Counted from the first letter of the stretch, positions 40,681 to 53,950 are shown. The stretch is 64,000 nucleotides of DNA from Octopus sinensis (GCF_006345805.1 NC_043003.1:94178001-94242000), one strand, 5' to 3'. The notes: a model not told the origin generated them from the sequence alone. Made by a program: numbers and translations.

Positions 40681-41900
40681 CATACTACGTTCGAAGATAC
40701 TGTACTTGATATGGGCGGTAGTACCTTGCCGGTCTATGGCCTACCTTCAACAAACCGGGAAAGCACAAACACTCTGTCTTCACATTTGCTGCGTGAGACA
40801 TGTTTTAATGTTGACGAGCTTGCCGAGTACATAGCTGACAATGAGCCAAAGCTCCTTCCAGAACAGAAGTTCGCTTACAACTCCGTTGTTAATTCAGTCC
40901 GGGCCAAAGCTGGGAGGATTTTTTTCCTGGACACTCCTGGGGGCACTGGGAAAACTTTTGTCAACAAATTAATATTGGCTGAGATTAGGCGAACACAAGG
41001 CATTGCCTTAGCTGTGGCATCATCTGGAATTGCGGCTACTTTGTTGCCAGGCGGCAGGACAGCTCACTCCACTTTCAAGCTTCCGCTTGACTTAGCGAAG
41101 ACTGAGACACCAACTTGCAACATCAGTAACAGCTCCGATCAGGCAGAAGTCTTCAGACGATGCAAGCTTATCGTTTCGGATGAATGCACGATGGCCCACA
41201 GAGGTGCTCTTGAGGCACTAGATAGATCTCTCAGAGACATCAAACACTCTTCAGCTCCCATGGGAGGCATAACACTTCTTCTTTCAGGGGACTTCTGACA
41301 AACACTTCCCGTTATTCCCAAAGGGACTAGAGCTGATGCAGTAAGTGCGTGTCTTAAGTCATCCACATTGTGGCCACTGGTGAAGACTCTCAAACTTCAC
41401 ACCAATATGCGTGCTCATATGCGACGTAATATCACATCAGCAGCATTTTCTCACACCCTCCTTGCACTTAGCGAAGGCAAAATACCGGGGGATGAAAATG
41501 GTAATATTGCCATCGATTCCATTTGTACCGTTGTTAAAACGCCTTCTGATCTCAGAGATGCAGTGTTCCCAGATCTACAATCTAATTATCAGAATATGGA
41601 TTTGATTGGCCAAAGGGCTATTCTGGCCCCGAGGAATAAAACTGTTCACCATATTAATGATGAAATGCTAAAACTCATTCTTGGGGATGTCTATGTATAT
41701 AAGTCTATCGATATAACTCCTGGCCCAGAGGACGTCATCAACTATCCAATATAGGTATTTAATTCCTTTGAGCCCCCCGGACTACCACCACACATTCTCA
41801 AACTTAAAGTTGGTGCCCCTATAATGCTCATTAGAAATTTGGTTCCCCCAAAACAATGCAATGGCACACGTTTGATCGTTAAGTCCTTATCTCCCACCGT
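40681..41900 (+). pseudogene. Helitron RepHel PIF1-family (SF1B) helicase fragment
   Basis: One frame with two premature stops (41296 TGA in GDF*Q; 41752 TAG). Motifs: [91 protein letters not shown]. Truncated before the C-terminal motifs. Confidence 0.92.
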
Positions 41901-41976
41901 AAACTTATATCAATATTTGCCTGAATAATCATCATAATTCAGTGCAATTATTAACAGTACTTTCAAGCAATTCAGC

Positions 41977-42004
41977 CCCGAGCATCGCCGGGCAATTCTG
42001 CTAG
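41977..42004 (+). mobile_element. Helitron 3' terminus (hairpin plus CTAG)
   Basis: CCCG-AGCATCGC-CGGG, 8 nt, then CTAG followed by T, about 100 bp after the helicase fragment. Confidence 0.75.
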
Positions 42005-42007
42005 TAT

Positions 42008-42042
<35 letters not shown>

Positions 42043-42837
42043 GATATACATGTGTGTGTGTGTGTGTTTACATTCTACAGAGAATAAAGGAATTCTCGGA
42101 GACTGAATGGTTGTGAAGATAACTTAGAAAATTGGATAAATGATCTTTAGAAAACGGGAAAAAAAGAGGTTGTTATTACAAAGAATCGAAACTGGTACCT
42201 CTCAAATGGAGGTTGGGGACCCTGCACCATTAAGCCATGGGACATTGGCAACTATTATCGTTTGGGTATAAAGCTAAATAGTAACTTTTGGAATGTGAGC
42301 CCTTTTAGTAAACAAACTTATAAAGGCAGAATGTGTCGTTATTCTACAGACATTAAAAGAATTCTCGGACACAGGATGGCTGATTCGTTATTCATTTATC
42401 GTTGTATATTTTGTTTTATAAGGAAGATTCTTTCATTATATCCCAGTTCCATATGGAAGCGGAGAGTATGCTACACTTACCAAAACGTATTGTCATTAAG
42501 ATAAGAGAAAAGGCAAGTAAATTCGAACTACTTTTTGAAAAGTCAGACCCATCTGTACATAGAATGCATGATATCTCACATATAAAATGCATGGTAAGTC
42601 AAAATGGTCGTAAGGATTCTGAATAAAGAGTCTTGTGAACTCCATTTTCTGTCTCCCATACTTTATATAAACTCTGCAATCACAAAGGAATTCTTGACGT
42701 AAATCCAGTGCAATATACTTCCATACTGTTGTTGGCGAATAATATGGCCGAATAGTGTGTAATGTGTTAAGACAGCATATTAGGAGGTATATACTCGATT
42801 ATGAAATTCTGTCAGTCTATCTATCTATCTATCTATC

Positions 42838-42881
<44 letters not shown>

Positions 42882-42903
42882 CTGTCTATATATATATATA
42901 TAT

Positions 42904-42949
<46 letters not shown>

Positions 42950-43156
42950 GTTAATTTCTTTCGTTCTCCTCCTTCTCTTTCTCTAAATTACTTTCGACGT
43001 TAAATCTATTCACGGTTTTTTTAAAAAAACTAGCTTGCCAGTGTTCCCCTTCATCATATACGCGACAATCTCATTCGGTTAAAATGACTTATTAGTGTAT
43101 TTTGTTTCTCTTTTTATTTCCCTGGCGAGATGATCGCATTGTTTTACATCATTTTA

Positions 43157-43203
43157 TTCCCTGAGGAATAATATCAATGTTATTTTCGAAACATATGTGA
43201 GAG
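43157..43203 (+). ncRNA. Degenerate hammerhead motif (family of 6929 and 8909)
   Basis: TTCC CTGAGGA ATAATAT-CA-ATGTTAT TTTC GAAA CATATG TG AGA. Stem II is shortened and position 17 is G. The 3' flank resembles that of the 8909 copy. Confidence 0.45.
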
Positions 43204-43293
43204 GCGTAAATATTTGAATAATACGTGCGTTTGACTCTATTTCTTAATTTATACATACACATGCACACACTGATAGAGACACACACACATATG

Positions 43294-43341
<48 letters not shown>

Positions 43342-43349
43342 ATATATAT

Positions 43350-43576
43350 ACTAGCATTATGACCCGTCGTTGCCGGGTCATAGTGCTAGTGCATCTATAT
43401 ATGTGTATATATATATGTGTACATATTACATGTACATCTATATATATATACATCTACACATAAAATACAAAATACAAAGTTATATCTTGATATCGCTAGT
43501 GATAACAATACCCAAAATATATAACAGACTGGAATTATAAGCCCGTCTCTTGCAATTTCGATCAATTGTATCTTGT
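43350..43576 (-). mobile_element. Non-autonomous Helitron-like element with palindromic 3' end
   Basis: Minus strand ends GACCCG-GCAACGA-CGGGTC ATAATG CTAG|T at 43351; the body is homologous to 40405-40609. Confidence 0.65.
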
Positions 43577-44181
43577 CCTCTCTCTTGTATAAAAGTGTGG
43601 CTACAATCCAGCCTACCTCTACTACTGAGGAGGGGGACATTTTTAATTTTTATCCGCGACGTCCTACGTCCCAGATATAAAGGTAATAATAAAATATATC
43701 GACTTTGCAAGTTCGAGTCAACTACTCCCTTGCACGCTCCGTTGACTCGAACCTTGCTTCTATTGTGGCGAATTCACCGCCTCTGGTTAGATATCTTTCA
43801 TAGTCGCACCAAGACACTTTTCGATGGTGCTTTCCTCCAGGTGTTCAAATCTTCTCTACATTGTATACTTTATAGACAAAAGTCTTTTCTTAAATTTAAT
43901 TTTTTATTATCCATCTGGACTATTCCATTTCTGAACGCTAATTTTATTTTTAATTTATTCCCATTCATGTGAAACCACTTATTCAAGTTCAAGTCATTGA
44001 TGCAATTTTATACCAATTGCTATTTTTACTTTTGTTATGTTACGATTATATTATACTTTAGTTTGATTTTAATTATTACTTACTACAATTCATATATACA
44101 TATATTTCTGTCTGTCGCAAAGACCCATACATATAGATATATGCATATACATATACATACACACACACGCACACATATATA

Positions 44182-44322
44182 TGGGCTTCTTTCAGTTTTC
44201 ATTTAACAAATTCACTCACTAAGCTTTGGTCGGCTCGAGTCTATAGAAGACATTATCCCAAGGTGCGAGGCAGTGGGACTGAACATGTGGTTGGAAAGAA
44301 AGCTTCCTACCACTTGGCTACG
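44182..44322 (-). mobile_element. SINE family 1 head fragment
   Basis: GGGCTTCTTTCAGTTT...CTATAGAAGACA...CCCAAGGTGCG..GCAGTGGGACTGAACATGTGGTTGG. Confidence 0.75.
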
Positions 44323-45216
44323 CAAAGCACATTGATGTTCTATACTGATGATGAGGTCGGAAATATTTTTCCTCCAGGGTCGATGTGACAAAGAAGCAGC
44401 ATATTCAATGGGTCGCACTAAAGGTGTTTAACGATAGTATTTAGCGGAACAATCTTGTGCTGTGGAATGGTTTGGAAATCTATGTTGATTAACACACAAT
44501 GTGTTTTTTTTCTGTGTCGTTGAAGCCAACTAGATTTCGCTGTTAATATCCTTTCGAAAGCTATAAATATCACATCACAACAACCTAACAGCAATTTGAC
44601 TCAATTTGAATATTTACGAATCAATTTTCAGAGCATGAGACATGTCACGTAAACTTTATATAGTCAACAAGTTAAGGCAGTTATATGATAATTGCTGCGG
44701 ATACATTACAGCGAGAACGTTCATAATCATTATACAGGAAAACATATTTAATATGTTAATTATGATATGTATATGATTTGTCATCAACGATGACCGCCAT
44801 TTTCTAGATTTCAATAAATCTGCTATAGTAGAACTAAAGTACATCTTACTGCATTTCAGCTAGTTTTTAATTCAATTTCACATATCAAGAAATGAATTAA
44901 CAGAAATTAGTAGTGTATAGACATTTTACACATAACTAAATATACGCAAGAAATAAATTTAAACAATCATAAGAAAAAAAATTTGTATCAAGTAATAAAC
45001 TTTATTGCCACTAATCTTAGATGTTTTTTTTGTTATGATTGCATCACAATTATTGGTTATGACAACATCTAGGATGATAAAAGCGTTGGGGGAGTTTATT
45101 TAATGGACAGAAACGTAATTGGAAAATCACTTTACTGATTACAGCACAATATATAGTACATATTGCATAAAGTACATATTCTATAAATATAACATACTTA
45201 TATACATGCATGTAAA

Positions 45217-45248
<32 letters not shown>

Positions 45249-45313
45249 CATTTAGAAAATGATGCGAGGTGTTCAATCATATAATAATATAAATAATATA
45301 TAAATCTATATGC

Positions 45314-45335
45314 ATACATACATGCATGCATACAT

Positions 45336-45366
<31 letters not shown>

Positions 45367-45424
45367 TACATACATACATACATACATACATACATACATA
45401 CATACATACATACATACATACATA
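45314..45424. repeat. (CATA)n microsatellite
   Basis: Directly visible tandem repeat. Confidence 0.95.
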
Positions 45425-46558
45425 CACACATATATGTACATACATATATATGCATATACACATGCATATATGGGCGCAGGACAACACAGAGCGTAAACAA
45501 CATGAAATACGAAATCAAGGAATACGAACTTTTTTGCGAACAAAGAAAGAAAAATATGGAAAACAAGACAAACAACATTAAAAGCTCTTCATCAGTTGTC
45601 GGCTGTTTCTCTACTTCGTATTTCGAGAAATTCATGGCAAGATACGTTTTTGACAAAAGAGTTGCTCCCGCAAAGCAAACTAAATAAAATTAGAGATTTT
45701 GCGGATGGTCAAAGTTGGTAACAAAACTGGGACAGTGAAAACAAATGGGAAGTGCTGCTAAACCTGAACGATTTGAGTTGGTCAACCCGGAGGAACAAGT
45801 TCCGACAAGAGACAGACAAGAATGCGTCTTATCCCTGCGACTGATCAAAAAGAAAGAAAGAAAGAAAGAAGGAAATTAAAGTTAGAACTAGAAAGATGGC
45901 CGATGGTCACGTGCGAGCAACGAGAGAGCAAAGAGGGAAGAGTGAGTGAGAGAGAGAGAGACAGACAGAGAACTGTGAAGGGGACAGGAAGAGAATTAGA
46001 GAAAGGATGAGAGAGAAAACACGGAAGGGGGAGAAGGAGAGATCAAAGAATTAAAGAAAGGAAGGGAGAGGAAACGAATGAGGAGATGGTTGTTGGATGG
46101 TCCTTTCCAAAGAGGAATCTCTCCGTAATACAAATGTATACTCTAAATTCTTCAAAGATGATACGCTCCAGAAAACGGATTTCTACCACAATAATATGAA
46201 CTTCTACTGCAGTAGAATATGGATTGCTACCGCAATTAAGACACTAATCTTTGGACACTAATCTTAGCAAAAATTATTTCCGACCGCTGTAAACCCCATC
46301 ATCAATACATCCAAGCTATGCCTTCATTCTTTTACCAATAGTTTCCACATGTCTTTTCAAATATATTTCTACCACCTTCGAACACCAAATGAACATACGC
46401 TAAGATTTGTGTGTGTGTATTTGCATATTTTGTTATGTTGTTCCCTTTTGTACATACACATCCGCAAGGTGCATGTCTACGTATGTAATTGTGTGTATGT
46501 GTGTGTGCGTGTGTGTGCGTGTATAATTGTGTATGTATGTATATATATATATGAGCGT

Positions 46559-46608
<50 letters not shown>

Positions 46609-47031
46609 ATATGTATATTTATTCATGCCTATCTTGTACATGACAGGCTTAACTTAACCAGGGGATTAAGAAGTTTGAAGAATAAGAACACGTGTACAAG
46701 TACATATGAATAAATGTAGCATCACAAACTGTAACTGAATTAAGAAAAGTAAAAATTGTCTAATGCAGTCGAAGTTAGATAGAATGAAGCCCGTTTGCAC
46801 CATTGAAACCTTGTATGAAATTCGCGTGTCACCTTGTAACCTGTATATATATTGCCAGATAAAAATAAAGCAATTGGCACCGGAATGGAGAAAGAAAAAC
46901 GAATTTTTCCAGGCAAACAATTTAATTCAGTAACATGAATAGTAAGAACAGAGTTCATGCCATCTTCAGTCCGAAAGCGTAAGTGTTAACATAATACATA
47001 TTTAACGACCAGAGATATGGTACGTGAAATA

Positions 47032-47537
47032 TTGGGTTGTCTGGAAAGTCCGTGCCGATTTATAGTAGCTTACCTTTCGACTTATTTTAGAACATGGTTG
47101 AGTCCATAAAATAGGATTTGACTACACCTCAACTTAGAGAACATTTTAAGCTACCTTTTCGTGGAAGAAGGTTTATGTTCCTATAAACTGTGTTAATTCT
47201 GTAACCCTTTAAAATGGAAGATAAGAAAGTTCGTTTTCGGCACTTGATGCTTTTCTTTTTCCGTAAAAGGAAAAATGCCTCACAAGCAACCAAAGAAATA
47301 TGCGCGGTTCACGGTGATGCTTCTTTATCCGAAAGCACTGTACAGAAGTGGTTCGCAAGGTTTCGAGTTAGAGATTGTAGCCTTATTGATAAAGAGCGAT
47401 CAGGCAGACAATCCACTACAGATGATGACCTAATCAAGTCATTAATTGAGAATAACCAACAGTGCACAACCCGAGAATTGGCATAAAGCTTCAATCTATC
47501 AAAATCCGTTGTTCATGAGCACCTGGTAAAGCTTGGA
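47032..47537 (+). mobile_element. mariner (DD34D family) 5' fragment: TIR plus N-terminal HTH of transposase
   Basis: TA|TTGGGTTGTCTGGAAAGTCC TIR; RHLMLFFFRK..NASQATKEIC..HG...SESTVQKWFARF......D.ERSGR...TTRELA*..VHEHLVKLG. Confidence 0.85.
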
Positions 47538-47960
47538 AAAGACACGCGTCTGATACTCAAATCTTTGGTGGTAAGGGACAGAACTAAACAATAATTTATC
47601 TGAACATCATTTGATAACTCACGGATGATGATTCGACGATTTCTTTTCACAACTGCACGCACATCTGTGATGTTTTTCTCAGTTAAGCTGGTTGCGGCTC
47701 TCCCAGAACATTCATCAATATCGAACACTTGTGTGCAGCTCATACACTCCTCTCCATAAACTTTCTGCAACTTTGCATAGGCCTCTGAGCATGTATGGCC
47801 ATGACAACTTTCTTTGTCATGGTCAATGCGACGATCACACGCTACACACGTTCCTTCCAAGCACTACTGTAAACTATGGATGTAAACTAGAACGTTAAAA
47901 CTTAGAGCGCATGCAAAGCAGAGAGTAAGGTCAATATGTGCTAAAGCTTTGTTACTATGA
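47538..47960 (-). mobile_element. Second mariner 5' fragment (different subfamily), convergent with the previous one
   Basis: GHTCSEAYAKLQKVYGEECMSCTQVF..D.ECSGRAATSLTEKNI..VR..V..NRRI.IRELS...DLSIRRVS. Confidence 0.8.
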
Positions 47961-48439
47961 CAACATTCAGAGTACTTATTGTTGAAACCTATATATACGT
48001 ATGCACATACATGAATTTACAACTAATATATATACTGAAAGAAAAAAGAAAGAAAGAAAGAAAGAAAGAAAGAAAAGAGAAAGATTTACAGAACACAATT
48101 GAGTTAAGGTTCAGTACGGATGTTTCAGACGTGTTTATATTGATGAATAATTATATTACATTATGAAAAAGAACCGTTTATGCACTTGAAGGAAACGATT
48201 TTGTTTTCTTGGTGGAATCGAATTATTAATCAAGAAAAAAAAACACGTCTGAAACAGCTGCGGTGAATTTTAACCCATTTATTTTCTTTCTTTATGTAAA
48301 CTCCATACCTGAAGCCTTCCCTATGTTGGATCAAACACTTACATTGGATTCATGTACATGTATATCTATGTCTTTATGCACATGTATCAATATATCTGTA
48401 CATGCATACATATAATTGTGTATGTTTACATATTGGTTT

Positions 48440-48590
48440 CTAATTTTGACACAAGGCCAGCAATTCCGGGATGGGAATAAGTCGTTTAGATAGGATCCAG
48501 TTTTCAAATGGTACTTATTTTATCGACCCCAAAAGGATGAAAGGAAAAGCTGACCTCGGCGGAATTTGAACTTAGAACATAAATATGGGC
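48440..48590 (-). mobile_element. SINE family 2 fragment
   Basis: TGGTACTTATTTTATCGACCCCAAAAGGATGAAAGGAAAAGCTGACCTCGGCGGAATTTGAAC. Confidence 0.75.
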
Positions 48591-49496
48591 TAATAATTTT
48601 ACCCGGTGTGTGATATGAGTGTGTGTGTATAGTGTGTGTGTGTAAGTGTGTGTGTTTGCGTCTATGTGAAAGCCTGTTTAATGTTTCCGTGTCGCTTTTC
48701 TACACTTCTCCAACTGTCACCTATGAAAACACCATTACCTCCTTGCCATCTCATTTTCCCCCACCTTCTCCACACTAGCCACGGGTATCCTCTGATCTCA
48801 GCAGGTCGAATTCGATAAATCGACATCTCGACCTTTCCCGTGTTTTCTTTATACATTCAGCGTGTTTTAAGTTTGTCCAGTTTTTTTAATATCCATTCAT
48901 GTAATTCTTCGTTTTCTCCTCTTTTCTTTTTCATCTACTTTTCCTTCTACTAACGTTCTCTACTAACAACGTTTTACTAATTAAGTGTCCAAAATAATTT
49001 TCTTTTCTTGCTTTGATAATATCTAATAAAATTTTCACATTGGATTTTGCCATTCTGAATATTTTTATTATCGGTCTTCTGTTCTGTCAATTCTGTTCTC
49101 AAGTGTTTTCTCTTAGCCAATATTTCAAAGACTTGGTTTATTTGATACTGACTGTTCTACTCTCCCTTTACAACATTTGTTATCTCCTTCTCTCCCATTC
49201 ACGTCTCTCCTTCCGATATGTCCCCCTCTCTCTCTCACTAATCCTAGTTTATATGCTTAAACACCACTTGACATATCTTGTCTCTCCGAATCCGCTATTT
49301 GAATCCTTTTAAAATTTGCTGACGCAGAACATCTAGTTTCCTCGGATTCATGTTTTCCTGTATTAAATCTCTTTGTCTTTTTCTTTCTGTCTCTTCCCCA
49401 CACACACACTACTAAACATAGACACACATAGAGGTATACACATACGCAAATGAAGACACATATACAATAGGAATACAAAATACAAAATGGCTGACC

Positions 49497-49705
49497 GTTA
49501 GTAAGGAGAGACACACAAATAAGAAAGAAGAAAGCAAAGGACCACTGATGAAGTCACAGAAGTGTGACGAAAGAATTCTGGCCGAAATAAGATTAAGATT
49601 AATGTAAAAAATAAATAACGCTGAAGCAAAGTAACACCAAATATATACTGCATGTGTTTTTATTGGCTAAACTGGCAAAATAACCATTCCTAAATACAAC
49701 AATAA
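49497..49705 (+). mobile_element. Short pLTR-like element (paralogue of 9741-9948)
   Basis: GTTAGTAAGGAGAGA...TTATTGGCTAAACTGGCAA...CAATA, then (TA)n; high similarity to 9741-9948. Confidence 0.75.
49539..49583 (+). ncRNA. Type I hammerhead ribozyme motif, intact core
   Basis: GGACCA CTGATGA A GTCACA-GAAG-TGTGAC GAAA GAAT TC TGGCC. Confidence 0.75.
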
Positions 49706-49715
49706 ATATATATAT

Positions 49716-49810
49716 AAGTCCTGGGGTCGATTTGCTCGACTAAAGGCGGTGCTCCAGCATGGCCGCAGTCAAATGACTGAAACAAGTAAATGAGTAGAAG
49801 AGTAAAGAGT
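49716..49810 (+). mobile_element. SINE family 1 3'-tail fragment
   Basis: AAGTCCTGGGGTCGATTTGCTCGACTAAAGGCGGTGCTCCAGCATGGCCGCAGTCAAATGACTGAAACAAGTAAA. Confidence 0.85.
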
Positions 49811-49849
49811 ATATGTACATATAAATATATATATATGCGCATATAAATA

Positions 49850-50693
49850 CAGGGTGCGATGGGTGAATTGTCGCCATTTAATATTTCTAATTTTGCGCTT
49901 GCGCACTGTTATTGATTCTCTCGACTAAATAGTATCGTAGGGTCGGTTGGACACCGTAAGAAAAACAGCAGCATGACGCAATTCACTCTGCCAGAAATTT
50001 AGAAACGACATGCACTTCTTTGGCACTCGCGCCGGAAGCTCCAATATGAACGTGTACCAATACCAATATGTACTGAGAGTGATAAAAATGAAACATTCAA
50101 TCAACATTATAGCATTTGGAGTGATCACTAGTGATGGCGACGTTATGCCTCCATTCCTCTTCCCACACGGCCTCAGACTCAACCCAGAGCCTACATCAAG
50201 TGCCTGGAGTGGGTAGTACTACCCTGGGTCAAGAGGCTGACTGCAGGAAGTCGCTATGTCTGACAACAGGATTCTGCATCATGCCACACGAACTGGAGAG
50301 CCCAGTCATCACTGTCAGACAATTTCTGCGACGACATCATTCCTAACATCTGGCCACCTAACTCCCTAGACTGTAACCCATTTGATTATTATGTGTGGGG
50401 CGTAGTTGGCGTTAGATAAAAAAAACTCTTTGTAGCACTAAAGATGAACTGAAGACAAGGATTATGGCAGCATTCATCAACTTAAACAAGGAGACTGTAG
50501 GAAGAGTTGCAGGAGATTCCGAAGTCGTCTGGAGGCCATGGTTGAATCCATTGGCAATTCTATTGAATAAATTTACTCTTTAGTATTTCAAGATATTTTG
50601 ATGTAATCGTGGTAAATATATCTGTTAAAATAAGATGCCAGTGTTATTTTCATTTTTGCGTAATTTAGACGACAATTCGTTCATCGCACCCTG
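49850..50693 (+). mobile_element. maT (DD37D) transposon, internally deleted copy with both TIRs
   Basis: TIR CAGGGTGCGATG..GAATTGTCG at both ends; FGVITSDGDVMPP; QQDSASCH...WPPNSLDCNPFDYYVWG with 37 residues between the second and third D; HTH region missing. Confidence 0.88.
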
Positions 50694-50728
50694 TGTGTAA
50701 TATATATATATATCTGTATATATATACA

Positions 50729-50821
<93 letters not shown>

Positions 50822-51367
50822 CACTCTGTGTGTAATATATATACACACATACATAATACATACATGCATAAACGCACGCACGCACATATATGTATATGTA
50901 TGTGGGTATCTCTGGCAAAATTTCCAACACTGACTATTCAGCTGTTTGATCAATTGAACTACTGGGATCATTGAATGAATTATACATTTCATCTGCCTTT
51001 GTACAGTTTGTGTCAGTTCAAATTCATTTGCAAGATAAGGTTTATAGAAAATGTCACCACTGAAGAACAGGGTGGATACAATAACACGCCTCTTGTCCGA
51101 TTCATATGTATTTCTTTTTCGCATTGTAGGTGTTAGAACAATGGGCGGTGTTTATGTTAGGTGGGGAATGAAGATTCCATTACTCTTACATATTGTTCAC
51201 TTTCTTCAAAGAGTGTTTAAGCAAAAGTCTGTGTTGCCCGTTACTATACACGTAAAATGTTTCCACTGTCCTGGTAGAGGGTAAGTATTTCTACGAAAGT
51301 TGACATATTATACAGTTATGCTGTATTATGTCTTTAAAATGTTGTGTCCGATATTATTCCCTAGTCA

Positions 51368-51590
51368 AGGTAGTGAGCTGGCAGAATCGATAGCACGCTG
51401 GGCAAAATGTTTGGCGCAATTCGCCCGTCTTTACGGACTAAGTTTAAATTTAGCCATAGTCTTCTTTTCTTTTCATCCTTTCGAGTTCTATAAAATAAGT
51501 ACCAGTTTAAAAGTGTGGTCGATCTAGTCGTCATATCTCCTCTCCCAAAATTCCTGGCCTTGTGCCAAAATTTGAAGTCAGTATTATTCT
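51368..51590 (+). mobile_element. SINE family 2
   Basis: GGTAGTGAGCTGGCAGAATCGATAGCACGCTGGGCAAAATG...TTTCATCCTTTCGAGTTCTATAAAATAAGTACCAGT. Confidence 0.75.
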
Positions 51591-52479
51591 CTAATCAGTT
51601 TAAGATTCTCGCTACTTTCACTGAACCAGTGAAGTGAAGTGGTGAATTGCTTTTGCGAGTGAATAGTCTTTGAGCGTGCACGCTCTGCCCTCATTTGCTG
51701 TCAATATATCCTCTGCTATCCTCACAAATGTGCCTTTTGCATCATAAATAGCACCAATTACCTGTTTCAGAAATTTGAAGATAAGATGTAGAATTATTGC
51801 TTTCGGTTTTTCTAATATCAGAAATTCTACTGAAGGCCATGATACTTATGCCAGTTGGTTGTCTTAGTGGGTAAAGGTGTTGGTTAATGCAGTGCAATCA
51901 CCTAGCAGTTCTGAGTTCAATCAAGGCAACGTACAAAGTTAACTCGCAAGACACACGGAAAAAGTTAGATCGTGCGCAGCCGAAACGTAATGAAAGCAAC
52001 AAGGAAGATGGGACACCAGTCCGACTAATGTAAACAGTGTACATAACATAGATTCTCGTTCTCAGAAATATAGAATTGCAAAAGTTCGTTGTTTTGAGCG
52101 CTCCAATTGTGAGTTGCTCACTGTCTTCTACAACATTAATAAGACGCGCTTTCACCTGTGGTTTTATCATCTGCCAACTCTAGAGCCTAAATTTCTTGGC
52201 ACTGCTATTCATTGAAAACGCAGTTACTCATTTTGCGCGGGAAGGATTTGACAAAAACAAAACTATTGGTGTGTTTACTGAAGATATTTTTAAAGCTTTA
52301 CCTTCTGTATCTTTTTTTTATATTATGGAATGCATAAAAATATGTTTAGAATGCATGAAAATAAGTTTCCCTTTTAGTAATAACTTCTTTCAGTGATTGG
52401 AAAGAGCTATATCACATTTCAAGATGGGAAATAAATAAATGATTCTTTGGTTTTAGTTACTGTATTAAATTAAGTTAAT

Positions 52480-53420
52480 ATTCCCCCTCCTTATTGACAA
52501 CATAATCCCATCTATTGGCAATCCGTTAATCCCTCGGGCACAAGAATCTTCAAGCTTCGAAATAAAGAAACAGTGACTATCATTTTAAAGCTCACCAAAA
52601 TTAAGAAACTATTTACCTCTAAATAATGTTGCAATGATCTGAAAAAACGATACTCAGATAGGGCAAGGCCAAAAGTAAAAAGATGAAGCAAAACTTTCAT
52701 ATTAGTTGTCATAATCTTTTCTCTTATTGACTTGGATAGTATGTGGTCTTGCATTTTCAACTTAAAAGCAACACCGCTTTAAGGCTGACCACGACAGGTG
52801 GTTTTTGTGCAAACGTTTGCACACTATTTCCAATTGATAACATTACTTCTCCGCATGAACAGTTTCACTTTGGTTTAACACTTTATGATATATGACACCT
52901 TTTGTAACCACCGTACACATAACCTAAAGTGTTCTCGGATGTATTCATGCTTTGAGGATGGACCCACGTTTTTCACTGGGCCCTAACCATTTTCATTTTT
53001 GCTGGATATAATTATATAGGACCCGTCTTTCATCATCTCTGATTATTCTACCCAAGGAAGACTCAGTAACAAGTTTACTCTTCAATGACGAGCAGAAGGC
53101 AATTCTTTGGTCAAGCTAAGAGGCAGTCAGACGATGAGAAATCTAGAAACGAAGTTTAGACATTTTCTTAGTTGATGAAGGTGCTTTATGATCGAAGTGT
53201 AGCTTGTATTTTCTTGCTAATACTTGAGATATATTTGCTATTCGAATTTCATCAACTGTGGTATTCAGAAAGTCAACATTGATAGAACTGGAGAATTTCC
53301 TAGAGAAAAAATTACCGAGCGAAACTGTTCTAACCCTCGTTGACATGCCCGGAAACATAAAACTTTATTTCCATATATAGAATGAATATGTCTTGCCGGT
53401 TCTATTGCTGAAATGCCAAT
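52480..53420 (-). mobile_element. Decayed mariner transposase
   Basis: Minus frames give KGVIYH..L...ETV.AE.YC.QL, NARPHT, and VLLHL..GLALSEYRFFRSLQH.L (cf. VLPHPPYSPDLAPSDYHLFRSLQ); ends RGI..LP.RW. Confidence 0.65.
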
Positions 53421-53950
53421 TTTCAATTTATAAAGCATTTATGTCTGATACGAGTCTGATCTAAACACATTTTAAAAGGGCAAAATCGATACGAATTTAA
53501 ATAGTATAGTATAAATTAATAAAAAAATGAGGAAAAACAAACCATTTGAATGTAAATATTAATGCTTTGTTGAGGCAAGTATTGAAAAAAAACACAAGTA
53601 CTCTTCCAGTGGTTGTATTAAAGGCCGAAAAGCAATGCGACAGCACTTTTTTTCCAGCCTAATTTCGGTGATACTTAAGTTCCTCATCCTGTAAGTCATC
53701 CAGCATTTCAGCGCGTCCTTTATTTCTTATTGTCCCTGACAGCTGTTCACCAATAACAACTTCTCGCTTAATCAATCTCTTTTACTCGAAGGGAGTCAAT
53801 ACGATTTTTATTTCTCATCGCTTTAATAATATTGTAGTAAATCAGTTAAATAACAGAATAGCTCAGTTCAAGTCAGTTTTAACAAGAAGGCATATTTTCA
53901 TTCAAATAAGACAAGTGACTGGAAGAAATGTTCAAAATAACGGACGATTT

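Noticed and set aside
41139-41393. Antisense ORF over the Helitron helicase
   Set aside because: Shadow ORF of a GC-richer coding relic.
45570-45615. Minus-strand GAAAC...CTGATGA (permuted hammerhead?)
   Set aside because: Too few nucleotides between the motifs to form stems III and I, and no stem II partner.
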